The notes under the pieces were generated by a model. The model saw nothing but the letters and a program-made list of their open reading frames with translations, had not been told where the DNA came from and ran no database searches. Shown piece after piece: positions 13,273 through 28,000 of a stretch of 64,000 nucleotides of DNA; positions within the stretch are counted from its first letter, which is position 1, and each line of letters starts with the position of its first letter. The stretch is from Tubulanus polymorphus (Eukaryota > Animalia > Nemertea). A program made the position numbers and the translations under genes. The stretch spans positions 744,001 to 808,000 of the forward strand of contig NC_134034.1 in NCBI RefSeq assembly GCF_964204645.1, read 5' to 3'.

Positions 13273-14219
13273 TTGCCGCCGTTTGATGTTAAACGCTGAT
13301 TATTTCTGCGGTTTGTTTTGCGTCGTTCGCCGTTTGGTTCGTCGACCGGAAGTTGACCGTAGCGTACTATCAGCGGGGTTTATTTCCGGTAAGGAATGCC
13401 GGGAACACAATCACAAAGATGTCACACTGTTAACGAGGCGGAATATTCAACGAAGCTAGACACGGTTGGACAAGCATTTTTATGCTCCTAAAAAGAGACT
13501 TTTCTTTTCCCGAAATATCCGCCTACCTGTTCACGGAGTTGTCGACGCTACCGGTGGTTTTTGTACCGAAGCTGAAATGTCGAAGGTTAGAAGCTCGACA
13601 CTGAGTGTCTCCGAACTCGCGGATAGAATCTGAGATCGTGCTGAACTGAACCGATAGAATATCCGTGAATTCCTGAATCAGAAATTTGAAGAAATAATGG
13701 CAGCAGAATCCGAGAGAGTATTTTTAGATTCGAGTTGATTCTTAAACCACCCCATCCCCCCCACCCATTTGGCCCGAACCAAAATCGTCGGACCAGGCTC
13801 GAGCCCAAATTTTAGCACGGGTCAAATTATTGCGCGTGACCTGCAATTGGTTCCGTTGGAGCATTGTTTAGTATCGAGTGAGTGTTTTATGTGATCGCGG
13901 CTTATCAACGGTATGTTCAACTGAGTAATTGAACGAATCCGTTAGAATTATCTTGAAGCGTCGGGTTGATATTAGATACTGTCTGTCCACGTTTAACTAA
14001 TATAACACCAAGTAGCCAAACGAGATCTTTGTGTAGCTGAACAAATTATTAACAGGTTACACCCTAAAACTTTTAGAGAGAGAGACAAAGATGCGTCTAG
14101 CTTGTGTAAGAATCATGCGACCACCGGGATGTGAGGAGCGATAATGAGTAATTACCTCTGCTAATGGTATTGATACAGATGCCTTACAGACCCCTCGGGT
14201 AACATCAGCAGCAGCAGCG

Positions 14220-14580
14220 CTCTCTCCTCTCTTTCTCTCTTCTCCTTCTCTTCTCTCTCCCCTCTCTCTCTCTCTCTTCTCTCTACTCTCTCTCCGCTCT
14301 CCTCTCTCTCTCTCTCTCTTCTCTCCCCTCACTCTCTCTCCTCTCCCCTCTGCACTCTGATTTTCTCCTCTTCTCTCCCTGTCCCCTCTCACTATCTGCC
14401 CTCACTCTCTATCACTCTCTCCCCTCTCGCCTCTCTCCTCTCCCCTCTCTCCTCTCTCCTCTCTTCTCTCATCTCCCCTCTCTCCTCTCTCCTCTCTCCT
14501 CTCCCACTCCCTCTCCCCTCCCCTCTCCCTCTCTCTCTCCCCTCCCCTCTCCCCTCCTCTGTCTATTTCTCCATTCTCTC
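14220..14580. repeat. Long CT-rich tract
   Basis: Degenerate (CT)n; explains R/E/G-rich ORFs 14057-14659. Confidence 0.9.
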
Positions 14581-15655
14581 GCTTTTTACCAAGCGATTTG
14601 GTCAGACAGTAAATTAATAAGTAACTTTGTGCATCAGCAAACTTGGCCCGGGGGTTCATAATACACCGAGAAACTTTCCATCCATCGCCACCAAATGATG
14701 AAAATTATATCACCAGCGACAAAGAGACAGAATTAATTAAATTTTAACATCAATTGCAGCCCAACAATGAAGCAATTTGGGCTGGAAATTGGCTGGAAAT
14801 ATGTTCCACCGGATCAAACCGAGGAGAGGTCGAGGAAGCTTTATCCGTTAGTGATCGGAGCAGAGTGGGTAGTGCCGAGCTATTGGGGGGGGGGAGGGGG
14901 GCTCACAGAAGTGTGAAATTTCTACAAATCTTTTTGTGTAAAGATTAACAAAACCTTGTTAATGATGTACTAAGCACATGGGACTAGATTCATTTCATCA
15001 CTTCGGCTTGTGCTCGGTCTATAAGACTATCTTTTTTAGCTGTAGCTAACAAAGGACAAAATCCACCATTCATTTATTTGATGATTATTTTTCGGATATT
15101 TTGAAGTTTTGACTAAACTACATCAGCAAAGAAACGAAAATAACAACGTGATGGTGATGAGGAACTCGTAGAAACTGAACCTCAGTAATTCAGAGATAAT
15201 GAGTAAAATCCCATCTCTGTTGATCATTAAAGCATTCATTTTTTACTAAATTTCATCATCAAATTCGAAACCGTGTCAGGAAAATAAATTGTTGAATCAT
15301 CACCTGTGGTTTTAACTCTGAGATCAATGAGTCTAACAGTAAATCTAAACCAGTCTTGAGATCAAAGATAACTTTCGGTTTAAAGTTACATGTATGGAAC
15401 TGACCAGTTGGAAACAAAAACTATAATTATTTAGGAATCGATGTTGTCGTGTAAATGTCAGTAATTGCCGTTTGCCAGCAATTCGATGCAATGTGATATT
15501 GTATAATACATGCATGCCGGATATTTGTGCATTTCTAATTATGCTTTCTATGCGAGACTAATTAGAAATTTGGATAGAACTGTCAGTTAGATTTGACTTC
15601 CGGATAGCGAGTTAACAATTAGTTCATTCGCGAGTGAAATTTTAATTTGTCGAGC

Positions 15656-15915
15656 TGAACTGTGGAACTGATTCCTGACCTGTGGAACTGATTCCTGAAC
15701 TGTGGAATTGAGCCCTGAACTGTGGAACTGATTCCTGATTTGTGGAATTGAGCCCTGAACTGTGGAACTGATTCCTGAATTGTGGAACTGAGTCCTGAAC
15801 TGTGGAACGGATTCCTGAACTGTGGAACTGAGTCCTGAACTGTGGAACTGAGTCCTGAACTGTGGAACTGATTCTGAATTGTGGAACTGATTCCTGAATT
15901 GTGGAACTGGATCCT
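15656..15915. repeat. 20-bp minisatellite derived from a MITE terminal repeat
   Basis: Unit tgtggaactgattcctgaac matches the TIR aactgtggaactggatcctg. Confidence 0.9.
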
Positions 15916-18900
15916 GAATTGTGTAATTTGGTCCAGGATTGTGGAGCTTAGTCTTCGACGAGTCCCCTCTATAGTTTAAATGCTGGGAAAAGCGGCAACA
16001 ATTTTGAAAAACCTTCATTCATTCAAAAATTCCATCATTCTTCGTTTCTCGACGATTTATTTCTACGATATTTGACACAAGATGAATTCCTTCTAAATTG
16101 TCTCTCACTCCCTCAGTTTCCTCCGCGCTGGAATCCGCAAATCTCCGCTTAAAAGATTCCAGCGGTTTTGGAGGCGCTAACACAGGGGTCATATTTCAAT
16201 TTGCGTCAGCAGCTGCAGCAGCGACAGCAGCAGCAGCAGCCTGCTCGGATCGACGGGGATAGACCACACATTGATAAAAGGGTGATGCTAATAGTCATGA
16301 GGTGTAACCTAAACCCCGGACACTGATATGACAGTCTAATAGCTTCCAGATTATATCAAGAGGTAAAGACAGTCCATTTACGCGATTTAATTATTTAAAG
16401 TGATCGTCTGACAGAGAGAGAGAGAGAGAGAGACGGAGAGTGAGAACGGGTTTTAAATTGTCAGAGGAGTCATCTCCGGAACTGCGGCCGCTGAAATAAC
16501 CATGGTCATGAATGTGCAAATTTGTGGTTTCTTGCGTATCAGGCGGCCCATCTGTACTCTATATTGCTGAAGAACACCTCAGCAAGAACCCTGGGTTCTT
16601 CGAGGAACCGTTTGGGCGTATAGGCAATTCATTGATTATTTTTTCTAGACTCAATTGTGTTGAATTTTAATATCATACCATCCTTGCGCCTTGCACCTTA
16701 CAAAATCGTAGGAAATAAACACATCAGTTTTCTTAGAAGCAAACTCATCCTAATAGATGATGAAAAATGGAAAAGGCAGAAATTAATTGAATCAGAGAAT
16801 CGCGTGTAAAACGGCGATATTTGCGGCTACGGCTGGTGCGGTTTACCGGTTCCACTTCGCTAGAAAATAAACCTTAATTACATAGACCGCGTAGCAGACA
16901 GATCCACCGTTAATTTATTAATTGATTTGTTAATTAGCTATGGATTAAACCGTGCAGCGGCCGTACGAATAGTCGCAATAATCCGATATTTATGAAAATG
17001 ATGACCATCCAGACAACTAAATCATCAACATCGACCATAATTACACACGTGTAATTCAAAACTTTACTGGCGCGGGAGCGAAATCAAATTAACACGACCG
17101 TTAACTGCCAATCAATTTTCCGATGTTAATTAATCAAATCAATGGTTTCACTAATTGATAAGGAAAACGTATAACCGTATTGTGGTTCCTAAACCGCGCC
17201 TATCTCGCCGAGCGAAATGTTGAATTCGCGTGAATGGACGGACAGTATTCTTCAAGCGCTTACAGAAAGCATGATGTAAAAACTATCGTTTCTGAAATAT
17301 GACCCAGGATTAAAGAAACTCCCTCGGGCAAATTCCGTACTCTATTTTTCGTAACTGGCTTTTAAGAGCTGCTTTTAGATTTGATATATCATCAGTTGTC
17401 GCATTCATACTCGCTCCATTCATTCAACTGTGTACGCGGCCCTACATTATTTATTTCTATATCCATCAAGCAATAACTGAGATCACTCTGATATAATATC
17501 TTTAATAAAACCTCTCCATCTCCCTCCCTCCCTCTCTCTTCTCTCCCTCTCTCCTCGCATCCATATATCCTCTCATTTTCCTCTCTATCTCTCTCTTCTT
17601 TCCTCTCTCTCATCTCCCTCTCTCCCCTCTCTCCCTCTCTGGTCTCCTTCTCTACGTCTCTCCCTCTCTCCTCCATCTCATCTCTTTCCATCTCTTCTCT
17701 CTCTAACCCACTCTCCCTCTTTTCTCCTTCCTACTCATATCTAAGATGTACAGATCAAAGCTATAGGTTTAAGTATTCGTTGTGAAGTTCGATTCCGCTG
17801 ATGCATCTTTTTACTTGAACACATGAAAGCCAGAAATTATTAGAAAGTGACGATAAAAACCCGAATAAAAGCCGATCTCAGACGCTGACTGCTGCTGAGG
17901 TTTAATATACATACATCAATAACAAATCAATGCGAGAAAAAACAACAAGTTTATAGACGAATATAAAATGAACTCCCCTACCCTATACAGATCATAGAAC
18001 TGAACAGTTCTCTCTCTCTCTGGCCTGCTTCTCATCCGACCGAGCCTAGCACCATAAATACATCCGACGTACTACTAAAATTTATTTTCTAAACTATAAC
18101 TATATCCCTATCGACGAGTGTTGATGTATCGAGGCTTTTTGTGGAACTTTTACATCATTTTCATGATTTACCCGACCACAGTTATTGGTCTGTACATGTC
18201 AAGTTGAAACAAGTTCAAATGTAATTTTTTCATCTTCAAATAAAGACCTCTGTCTATTTTTCTAGATTTGATTTCTATCTACTTATTTGTAGTGTCCCTT
18301 ACAAACCCACCAAGTCACGCCTGCTAGGCACCAGTCACACCTATCGGGACTGAAACTGAGTAGGTTTGGTTTTAATTTTATATCTCTTTTTGGGATCTAT
18401 GTAAGCGATGTTGCACCTACCACGCATCAAGTGTTCAGAAAAAAGTTCGAGCAAAGAATCGCCGATCTTCATCCGAAAGCTGGAGTTGTCTAACCTGGAA
18501 AAACGGAATCAAGTTTCGCGTCCCTCGTGGGTGAGACAGTGTTGAAAATTAGATTAAAAAATTGAAGCTGTCAGACAGTAAATACACCTCGCAAAATAAC
18601 GAAACAATCTTCCCTCGAGCCTGACAGACACTTCGGTCTAAATACACATTCAATATTCAATTAACTTTCAATCAGGATCCTAGTCTCACGGGGGACACTC
18701 TAAAGTCAGAAACTTCGAATAAATATGTGTATATTACGTATGTTTGAGTTTTTATTAGAATGGTTGCATATTTACGCAGACGATTCTCCTAGACCGCGAA
18801 CAAACATCGTATTGATCGAAGAAAGACAGGTAAATCTCTCCGCTGACACAAGGAGGAATTCAAAATACGACTTCTCTTTCATTATACGTACTAAGTATAC

Positions 18901-18926
18901 ACTGAGACAAGATCTGGTACAGACAA

Positions 18927-18960
18927 CCATGGACGTATAAACTAGATTATACGTCCATGG
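18927..18960. mobile_element. 34-bp perfect hairpin flanked by GACAA direct repeats
   Basis: gacaa|ccatggacgtataa-actaga-ttatacgtccatgg|gacaa. Confidence 0.65.
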
Positions 18961-20575
18961 GACAACCAACCAGACAAGGCAGCGGTTTCTGCACGTGGTG
19001 GTGTATTCGAGGGCATGTCGAAAAAGGTTCCCCTCCCCCCATTGTAAATCTGAAAATCTGAATCTGAAGTTGCTTGGCTTTGCATTTATACCACAAGGTC
19101 AGGTAAAGACAGACAGGGCATTATTCACTTGGCTCGTGTATATATATATCTTTATGATAGGAAAAACCACGCCAAGTTTAATGTAGACATCAACTAACGA
19201 TTTTAGACACAATAACTCGTTCAGTGGCAACAACAGAGCGATGCCCCAGATTCCAGTTTAAACAGATACCTGAATTAAATCCAAACGTAGAGTGAATCCT
19301 GTGAAGTTTTAAAATAGATTGGCTATTGAACTAAATTCGTCTTAGACTGGTTTTAAAACTAAGCCATGACCGGCGTGAAAGACGGGTTTTAAAACTAAGC
19401 CATGACTGGCGTGAAACTGTAGATTGAACTAAGCATATCAGTTTTATAGATCGGTTGAACCACCAATGAGTCGCGGTAACATGGGACATCTAAAAACGCC
19501 GTGTAAAATAACGGACAATATTATTGAAATATCTATTTGAAAATGACTTACCGAATTTGACGAAGCGATGAGCACCAAAACGAGCGATAAAACCATCAAC
19601 ATATTGATGTAGATAATTGAGTCCACGAATCGCGTCCGAATCTACACCAACTTTAGAATTCCATAAGTGACGAGACGCTAGTCAGAGCTGCTCGCGCGCG
19701 CGTGAGTAGATACAACTCCGTGACTCTGTCACTGCGCATTCATCGTCATTTAGAACAATATCACAAGTTGTGTATCGCTGGTTTTAACTTCCTTATAATC
19801 TGCAGCCAGGTTTTTGTCACGATTTCAGTGATGAACTCGACAGCCTGTCTACCGCCACATTCTATCGTTATGTGAACGATGGAAGGAGGTGATGAAAGTT
19901 TAATTTGACCGCGCATCGCAACTCGCTTGCCGGCGCCACCGCATCACGTCACGTCGATCCGATACAACTGCTTCACATTGCGGCTGCCAGATCACTGGCG
20001 GCGTACACGCACACGCACCACGCATGCACGCACGCACGCATGCGGTCGGAAGTTTAGTCAATTTATGGCTTCTTTTTCAAACGACTTAAAAGCTTCCTGA
20101 GACCGTGAGAAATTTACCCTACTTTATAAACTCGACTGGTGCAGTCAGCCACAGCGCCAACCTGAAATCACTAGGTCCACTAGGAGGCACGCTCGTCTAG
20201 GCTGAACTAACACGATTAACCTTAAACTAACTTTATTCATAGTAAATTTATCGCAAGCGGTGAAAATTTACATAATTTCAAACACGAGATTTTTTTGTCA
20301 TTTCAGTTCATTGAAAAACCAACAGAGGGCGTAAAACGCATCCTTTAAACCTGAAAAACCCAACGGTCAACTTAGCTAAATTCATTAAGACCGGCTTAGA
20401 TGTATATAGATCCCTCCAATAGTATATATAGTATTGTAAATAGTTGATGTATATATATTTTGTTAAGTTTTCATTCTCAAAATTTTAATCACTTCAGTGT
20501 TGTTTTGTAAGTATTTGTAAATACATGTGTAATAGTTTTCCTCCATATACCATGGAAATGTTTGGAGTGTAAATA

Positions 20576-20610
20576 AATCGTAATCGTAATCGTAATCGTA
20601 ATCGTAATCG
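20576..20610. repeat. (TAATCG)n microsatellite
   Basis: About 6 copies of taatcg. Confidence 0.9.
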
Positions 20611-22001
20611 AAACCACAGAGGAAACTACAAACATGCTATATTAACAATATTCAAAATGCATCGGTTATCAAAAGATACAGTATAAAATAAGAATGATAA
20701 TATATTTTCTTATATAACGTGGTTATAAAAACTAAACCACCGCGGTTTACGTTCGAAAACTACATTTGAAAAGTATAAGTTAAAGATTAAACACGATTTT
20801 ATGAGTTTATAAAAAGAAAATCTGGATTTGAAGGCTGAGACAGATGGAGACTCTGAACAGGCAGATGGAAACGCTCTTATGCTACGAGGTAGTTTATATA
20901 GTACTAACTACTAGTTGATTAGGCAACGCAACTATTTTAGAAACGACGACTGTGCAGTATTTCAAAATGTTAAGTACAATCGGCTGAGCTTACAAGATTT
21001 GCAACATTGAGATTAATCTATAACGTTTATTATATAGAAATATATGAGACCATGTAGAAAAGCGTGCTGAGAGTAACTTAGACTTCACCGTAAAACTTTA
21101 AGTTCAGTTGTATCCGATAGATGGCGAACTAGTGGCGCATTCACACGTTCCGTAAGTTTATAATTTTTATTAGTTTAGATGATGCTGTGATTGTTTCGTT
21201 TGCTTTTGTATGTTTTCGGCTTTATGTCGCTTGGTTTCCCAAGACTATAACCCTATTGGATTAGTAATCAACGTCGTTTCCGATAGATGGCGTACTAGTG
21301 GCGAGGTTGTACTCAATATGAAGTATTAAATTGATTTGAATCCCAAACGCTTTGGATCAAAATCGCAGTATAAATATCAGGGATATAAGACGCGTTTATG
21401 AGCAATAAGACGCCGCCGGGCCCGAAACTCAACTCCAAAACCGTCCGGTGCTGCCATCTATATACGTTTCGACTACTAGCAGTGTTGGTTTCAGTTTTAG
21501 GAAATGATTCACCGGGCGTTCCCTTAGGTGTCCGATGCGTATAGCCGCCTTCTTTATAATTGAAGAAATCGCCAGGCTAGAACCTAGCGCAAGGATATTC
21601 GGCGCCTTTGTAAACACACACCAGTCGATTGCCAGACCACTGCGTTCAAATTGCTAATACATTTGTATGGAAACGACGAAATAATTCAATTATAATTCTT
21701 GTCGATTTTAATTATAGATTCTGTATATAATAAACAATTTTAGATTCAATTCATTGTCTCTTGAAATTTTTTATAGAAATCAGGCTTTGAAGATGGTTGT
21801 TTTGAGAACGTGTGACTATAAGGCGTACGATCTAAACTCGACTATAGTTTACATGTAGTGACAAGTTTTTACTTCCTGGTTCCGTGAATTTCGCGTTTAT
21901 TTCCCCGACCCGAGGATTTTCTGGTGTTTTGTGAATGATGTCATCCTAGGCCGCTCGAGCCTATTGATCAACCGAAACTGGAGTTTGAAAGTTTAAAGAT
22001 T

Positions 22002-25000
22002 ATGGTTCTACAACAACTTGTTGATGAGGTAAAGAACGCTCCCTATTTTCGACCCGACCGACGAAGTCGAAACGAAGTCTGATCCCCAGCCCCCACCCGA
22101 CCTACACCTTTACCCCTCCCCACCGAACTTGAGACTTGATCTCCCCTCTTCCTACCTGTATTCCCAGACCCCAGCCCCTCCCACACAGCAACCAGGCCTG
22201 TTCACGAAGGTAGGGTCGACGGAAATGTCCTCTCTAGTGAGAGTGTCTATATCTGTCTCCTCAGCATCGATCACCCATCAATGTGTGCCTGGTTTCGTGA
22301 TTCATATAATGATCTTATCCCCCTCTGTGTACACAGCTATCTGTGGCCTTGGAATTATTGATTGAAATGTTAATTTCTCATCTGTTTTAGCCGCCTCTAG
22401 TACAGGCATGTTTCCACGGCGACCCGGATGAAGTACGCGCTCTTCTCTACAAAAAAGAGGACGTTAATTATCAGGTAGAAAAATTACCGAATTCGCTTCG
22501 ACAGTATCGATGATGTCATAGGGGGATTTATGGAGGCACACATAGTTCTAGAATTTGCGATAGAAATTGAGTTGATTTCAGCTTATTTAGGCCTACAATA
22601 TCTTGACTTTAAAGTCAAGTTTTAACTCGGAGAACTGTGGACCTGGGTCCACAACTGTAGAATTGGGTTTAGAACTGTGGATCTGGGTCCACAACTGTAG
22701 AACTGGGTTTAGAACTGTGGATCTGGGTCCACAACTGTAGAACTGGGTTCAGAACTGTAGAATTGGGTTTAGAACTGTGACTGGTAGTGATGAGACTGTT
22801 GAGATAGTGATATGTTGATTGTTGTTTTTAGGACGGCGAGAGGCGAAGTCCCCTTCACGCTGCTGCGTTCTGCGGTGAAGCTGAAATCGCTGATTTATTG
22901 ATTCTAAGCGGAGCTCGAGTTAATACTAAAGATAATAAATGGTTGACACCGTTACATAGAGCATGCTGCAGTAACAGTGATGTAAGTATTGATGATGTCA
23001 TAGGGGGATTTATGGAGGCAGACATCTTTCCTTGAAGTGTCTATAGATCAAATCACTACTAGACAATATGATGATGTCATAGGGGGATTTATGGAGGCAG
23101 ACATCTTTTCTAGAAGTGTCTATAAATCTAATCACTAGTAGATAATTTGATGATGTCATAGGGGGATTTATCGAGGCAGACATCTTTTCTAGAAGTGTCT
23201 ATAGATCAAATCACTAGTAGACAATTTGATGATGTCATAGGGGGATTTATGGAGGCAGACATAGTTCTAGAACTTAAGTGTCTATAGATGAAATCACTAG
23301 TAGGTAGTCTGATGATGTCATAGGGGGATTTATGGAGGCAGACATAGTTCTAGAACTTAAGTGTCTATAGATGAAATCACTAGTAGGTAGTCTGATGATG
23401 TTATAGGGTGATGTAAAGGTAGCTCTATGGGTTGTTGTATATTTGTTGTAGGAGACAGTAGAAGTGTTATTGAGGCATTCAGCTGATGTAAACGCTCGTG
23501 ATAAGAACTGGCAGACGCCGTTACACGTCGCTGCTGCTAATAACGCTATCAAATGTGCCGAGTATATTATACCATTGTTAGCTAACGTGAATGTATCGGA
23601 TCGGGCCGGGCGGACATCTTTACATCACGCGGCTTATAACGGACATGCTCAGGTACGTCGTGTTACTTTTACTTATCAGCCTGGAACCTGCACTCCTTCA
23701 GACAATCTGTAACCTGCAGCCCTTCAGACAATCTGCAGCCTGTAACCTGCAGCCCTTCAGACAATCTGTAACCTGCAGCCCTTCAGACAATCTTTAACCT
23801 GCAGCCCTTCAGATAATCTGCAGCCTGTAACCTGCAGCCCTTCAGACAATCTGTAACCTGCAGCCCTTCAGACAACCTGCAACCCTCAGACAATCTGCAG
23901 CCTGGAACCTGCAGCCCTTCAGACAATCTGCAGCCTGTAACCTGCAGCCCTTCGGACAATCTGCAGCCTGTAACCTGCAGCCCTTCAGACAATCAGCAGC
24001 CTGTAACCTGCAGCCCTTCGGACAATCAGGAACCTGCAACCCTTCAAACTCCTGCTGATTGATACCGGTAGATTGCTCTGTCACTGTCTGTTATGTAGAT
24101 TATGTTGATTATGTAGATTATGTATTGATTATGTTTTGTAGATGGTGAAACTATTATTAGAACACGGAGCAACAATAAACGCGTTTGATAAGAAAGACAG
24201 ACGTGCGATTCATTGGGCGGCGTTTAGAGGTCATCAGGAGGTCATTAGAGTTCTCGTACAGAACGGAGCCGAACTCAACTGCAGAGATAAACAGGTGAGT
24301 TTCAACACAAACCCTGGCAGGCGAGCATCAACCCCTAGAACCAGACCATTTTACAATGATTAGATACAAGAGTTACTGCACGTCACTGTCAGTCTTACCC
24401 AGCAGCAGTCAACTCAGTTAAACAGCTCTCAAGTCATGAGTGAATTGAAAAAAGATTTCTGTAAACGAAACATCAACTTTATAAATCACAATTGAATCGC
24501 TAGATAAAAGATTACCTGCAAATGTCAGATACTTCATAAACCAACTGAATTTTACTAGAACTTATGAAAAAGGCTATTTCTTTATCTAAAACAGTTAACT
24601 ATATTTCAGTAAACCAAACATTAAATTTAGGATTCACTTGTTTTAGTGTTGTATGGGGGTTAACGCTATTTATGTTATTTACAGATGTTTACGCCGCTGC
24701 ACGCGGCCAGCGCGGGAGGTCAGGTCAGCACGGTTAGAGATCTATTAGAGTTAGGAGTTGAGGAAGATGCAGTGAACGCCTGCGGTAACACGGCGCTACA
24801 CGTCGCGTGTTTAAACGGTCAGGATATGGTCGTTAACGAGGTCATCTGTCACGGAGCCAATATCAACGTCACCAATCACCAGATGATGGTAAGTCTGAAT
24901 CATCCGTAATTCCCCCTATGACATCATTGTCAGCGTTTTACATAGGATACTGTAGAGGAGGCGGGAATCTCATCGTTGAAAAAATCTGATCTAAAGAAAA

Positions 25001-28000
25001 GATGTCTGACTCTGTTAATCTCACTATAACATCATAAGAATTTCTAGTTAAGTGATTTTATCTAAAAATGATTTAAGAAAAAGATGTCTGCCTCTATAAA
25101 TCCCCTATGACATCATCAAATTGTCTACAAGTGATTTGACCTATACGCACTTCTAGAAAAGATATCTGCCTCCATAAATCCCCCTATGACATTATCAAAA
25201 TACCTACTAGTGATTTGATCTATAGATACTTCTAGAAAAGATGTCTGCCTCCATAAATCCCTCTTTGACATCATCAAATTGTCTACTAGTGATTTGACCT
25301 ATAGACACTTTGAGAAAAGATTTCTGCCTCCATGAATTTTCCTTTGATCTCATGATTACTGAAACTTCATCTACAGACATTTCACTACAAAAATGATGGC
25401 GTCTTCCTTTAATCTCCCTATGACATCACAGAATTGTCAACTCTTCCAGAGAAGATACCTGAAAAGATGAAATCACTTTAGACAATATGATGATGTCATA
25501 GGGTGATTAATGGAGTCAGCCATGTTATTCTATGATTGTTGTATGATTTCAGACACCGTTACACTACGCGGCAGCTGCGACTCACGGCGCCATGTGTTTA
25601 GAGATCATCGTAAACGAGGGAGCAGACGTCAACGCTAGGGTACGTCACCATCAACGCCACCTGCTGGCGAATACGGCGAACTACGACCTCGTAATCGTCG
25701 CGCCGGTCGCGTTTTACGTTATTAATCGGTTATGACTATTTGCAGGATCAGGATAATCGGACTCCGTTGCACATGACGGCGTTGCACGGACGGTTCACGC
25801 GCGCTCAGTCACTGTTACAACACGGGGTCAACGTCGACGCCGTGGATTCGCACAATAATACAGCGTTACACATAGCGGCGCGATACGGGCACGAGTTGAT
25901 GATTGACACGCTTATAGCTAATGGGGCGGAGCCTATCAAGTAGGTTTATAGTATGATACACTCCCCCTCATCTGTACCTACCCGACAGACTGAAGCTACC
26001 CGGCCTCATCTGTACCTACCCGACAGACTGAAGCTACCCGACCTCATCTGTACCTACACGACAGACTGAAGCTACCGGGCCTCATCTGTACCTACACGAT
26101 AGACTGAAGCTACCCGGCCTCATCTGTACCTACCCGATAGACTGAAGCTACCCGACCTCATCTGTACCTACCCGACAGACTGAAGCTACCCGACCTCATC
26201 TGTACCTACACGACAGACTGAAGCTACCGGGCCTCATCTGTACCTACACGATAGACTGAAGCTACCCGACCTCATCTGTACCTACCCGACAGACTGAAGC
26301 TAAGTGTTAAATGTTGTTGTTCATGTTTAGGACGGGACCGTGTGGAATGTTACCGATTCACCTAGCTGCGTTGAATGGTTACCTCGATTGTTGTAAGAAA
26401 CTCCTCGGCGCCGTTCGACAATTCGACATCAATACAACCGACGATCTCGGACGAACTTGCCTCGACGCTGCAGCCTGTCAGGGGTAGGTGTACAACTGTT
26501 ATCCTAATATTCTACATAGTTAATGATGTCATAGGTGGATTTATGGAGGCAGACATCTTTTCTCAAAGTGTCTATAGATCTAATCACTAGTAGACTATTT
26601 GATAATGTCATAGGGGGATTTATGGAGGCAGACATCTTTCCAGAAGTGTCTATAGATCAAATCACTAGTAGACTAATTGATGATGTCATAGGGGGATTTA
26701 TGGAGGCAGACATCTTTTCTAGAAGTGTCTATAGATCTAGTCACTAGTAGACAATTTGATGATGTCATAGGGGGATCTACTACTTGAGGTGGCCATGTTG
26801 AATGAGATTAATGTGTGATATTTCAGTAATGTCGAAGTGGTTGATTATCTACTATCGGCTGGCGCTGATTTCCGGTTAAGAGATGCGTCCGGTCGCACAG
26901 CGCTGCATTACGCGGCGGCTAATACCAATCATCAGTGCGTTATATCTCTAATGGCCGCCAGGTCGAATATAGATCTACAGGATCAGAGAGGATGTACGGC
27001 GTTGCACTATTCCGCTGCATTCGATAGCGACGCCAAGTGAGTATTAAATACATCCTACAATTCATTAGAATTGAATTTGAAACTATAAAGACTTAGACAC
27101 TGATGACTTGCTGCCTGAAAGTACTGCTTACTACCTCACAACTCATGTACACAGACAGAACCTAATACCAGTGTTAAGACCATTTTGGTTCTATAACCGA
27201 TCTAACAACTTTAGGACCAGACTAAGCTCATTTTGATTCCATAACCAATCTAACAACTTCAGACCAGTGTTAAGACCATTTTGGTTCTATAACCAATCTA
27301 ACAACTTAAGACCAGTCTAAACTCATTTTGGTTCTATAACCAATCTAACAACTTAAGACCAGTCTAAGCTCATTTTGGTTCTATAACCAATCTAACAACT
27401 TAAGACCAGTCTAAACTCATTTTGATTCCATAACCAACCTAACAACTTAAGACCAGTCTAAACTCATTTTGTTTCTATAACCAATCTAACAACTTAAGAC
27501 CAGTCTAAGCTCATTTTGATTCCATAACCAATCTAACAACTTAAGACCAGTCTAAGCTCATTTTGGTTCTATAACCAATCTAACAACTTAAGACCAGTCT
27601 AAGCTCATTTTGGTTCTATAACCAATCTAACAACTTAAGACCAGTCTAAGCTCATTTTGATTCCATAACCAATCTAACAACTTAAGACCAGTCTAAGCTC
27701 ATTTTGGTTCTATAACCAATCTAACAACTTAAGACCAGTCTAAGCTCATTTTGATTCCATAACCAATCTAACAACTTAAGACCAGTCTAAGCTCATTTTG
27801 GTTCTATAACCAATCTAACAACTTAAGACCAGTCTAAGCTCATTTTGGTTCTATAACCAATCTAACAACTTAAGACCAGTCTAAGCTCATTTTGATTCCA
27901 TAACCAATCTAACAACTTAAGACCAGTCTAAGCTCATTTTGGTTCTATAACCAATCTAACAACTTAAGACCAGTCTAAGACCATTTTGGTTCTATAACCA

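Noticed and set aside
10009-17691. R/E/G-rich and L/S/P-rich ORFs (10009-10315, 14057-14659, 17392-17691; also 30685-31056)
   Set aside because: Translations of CT/GA low-complexity tracts.
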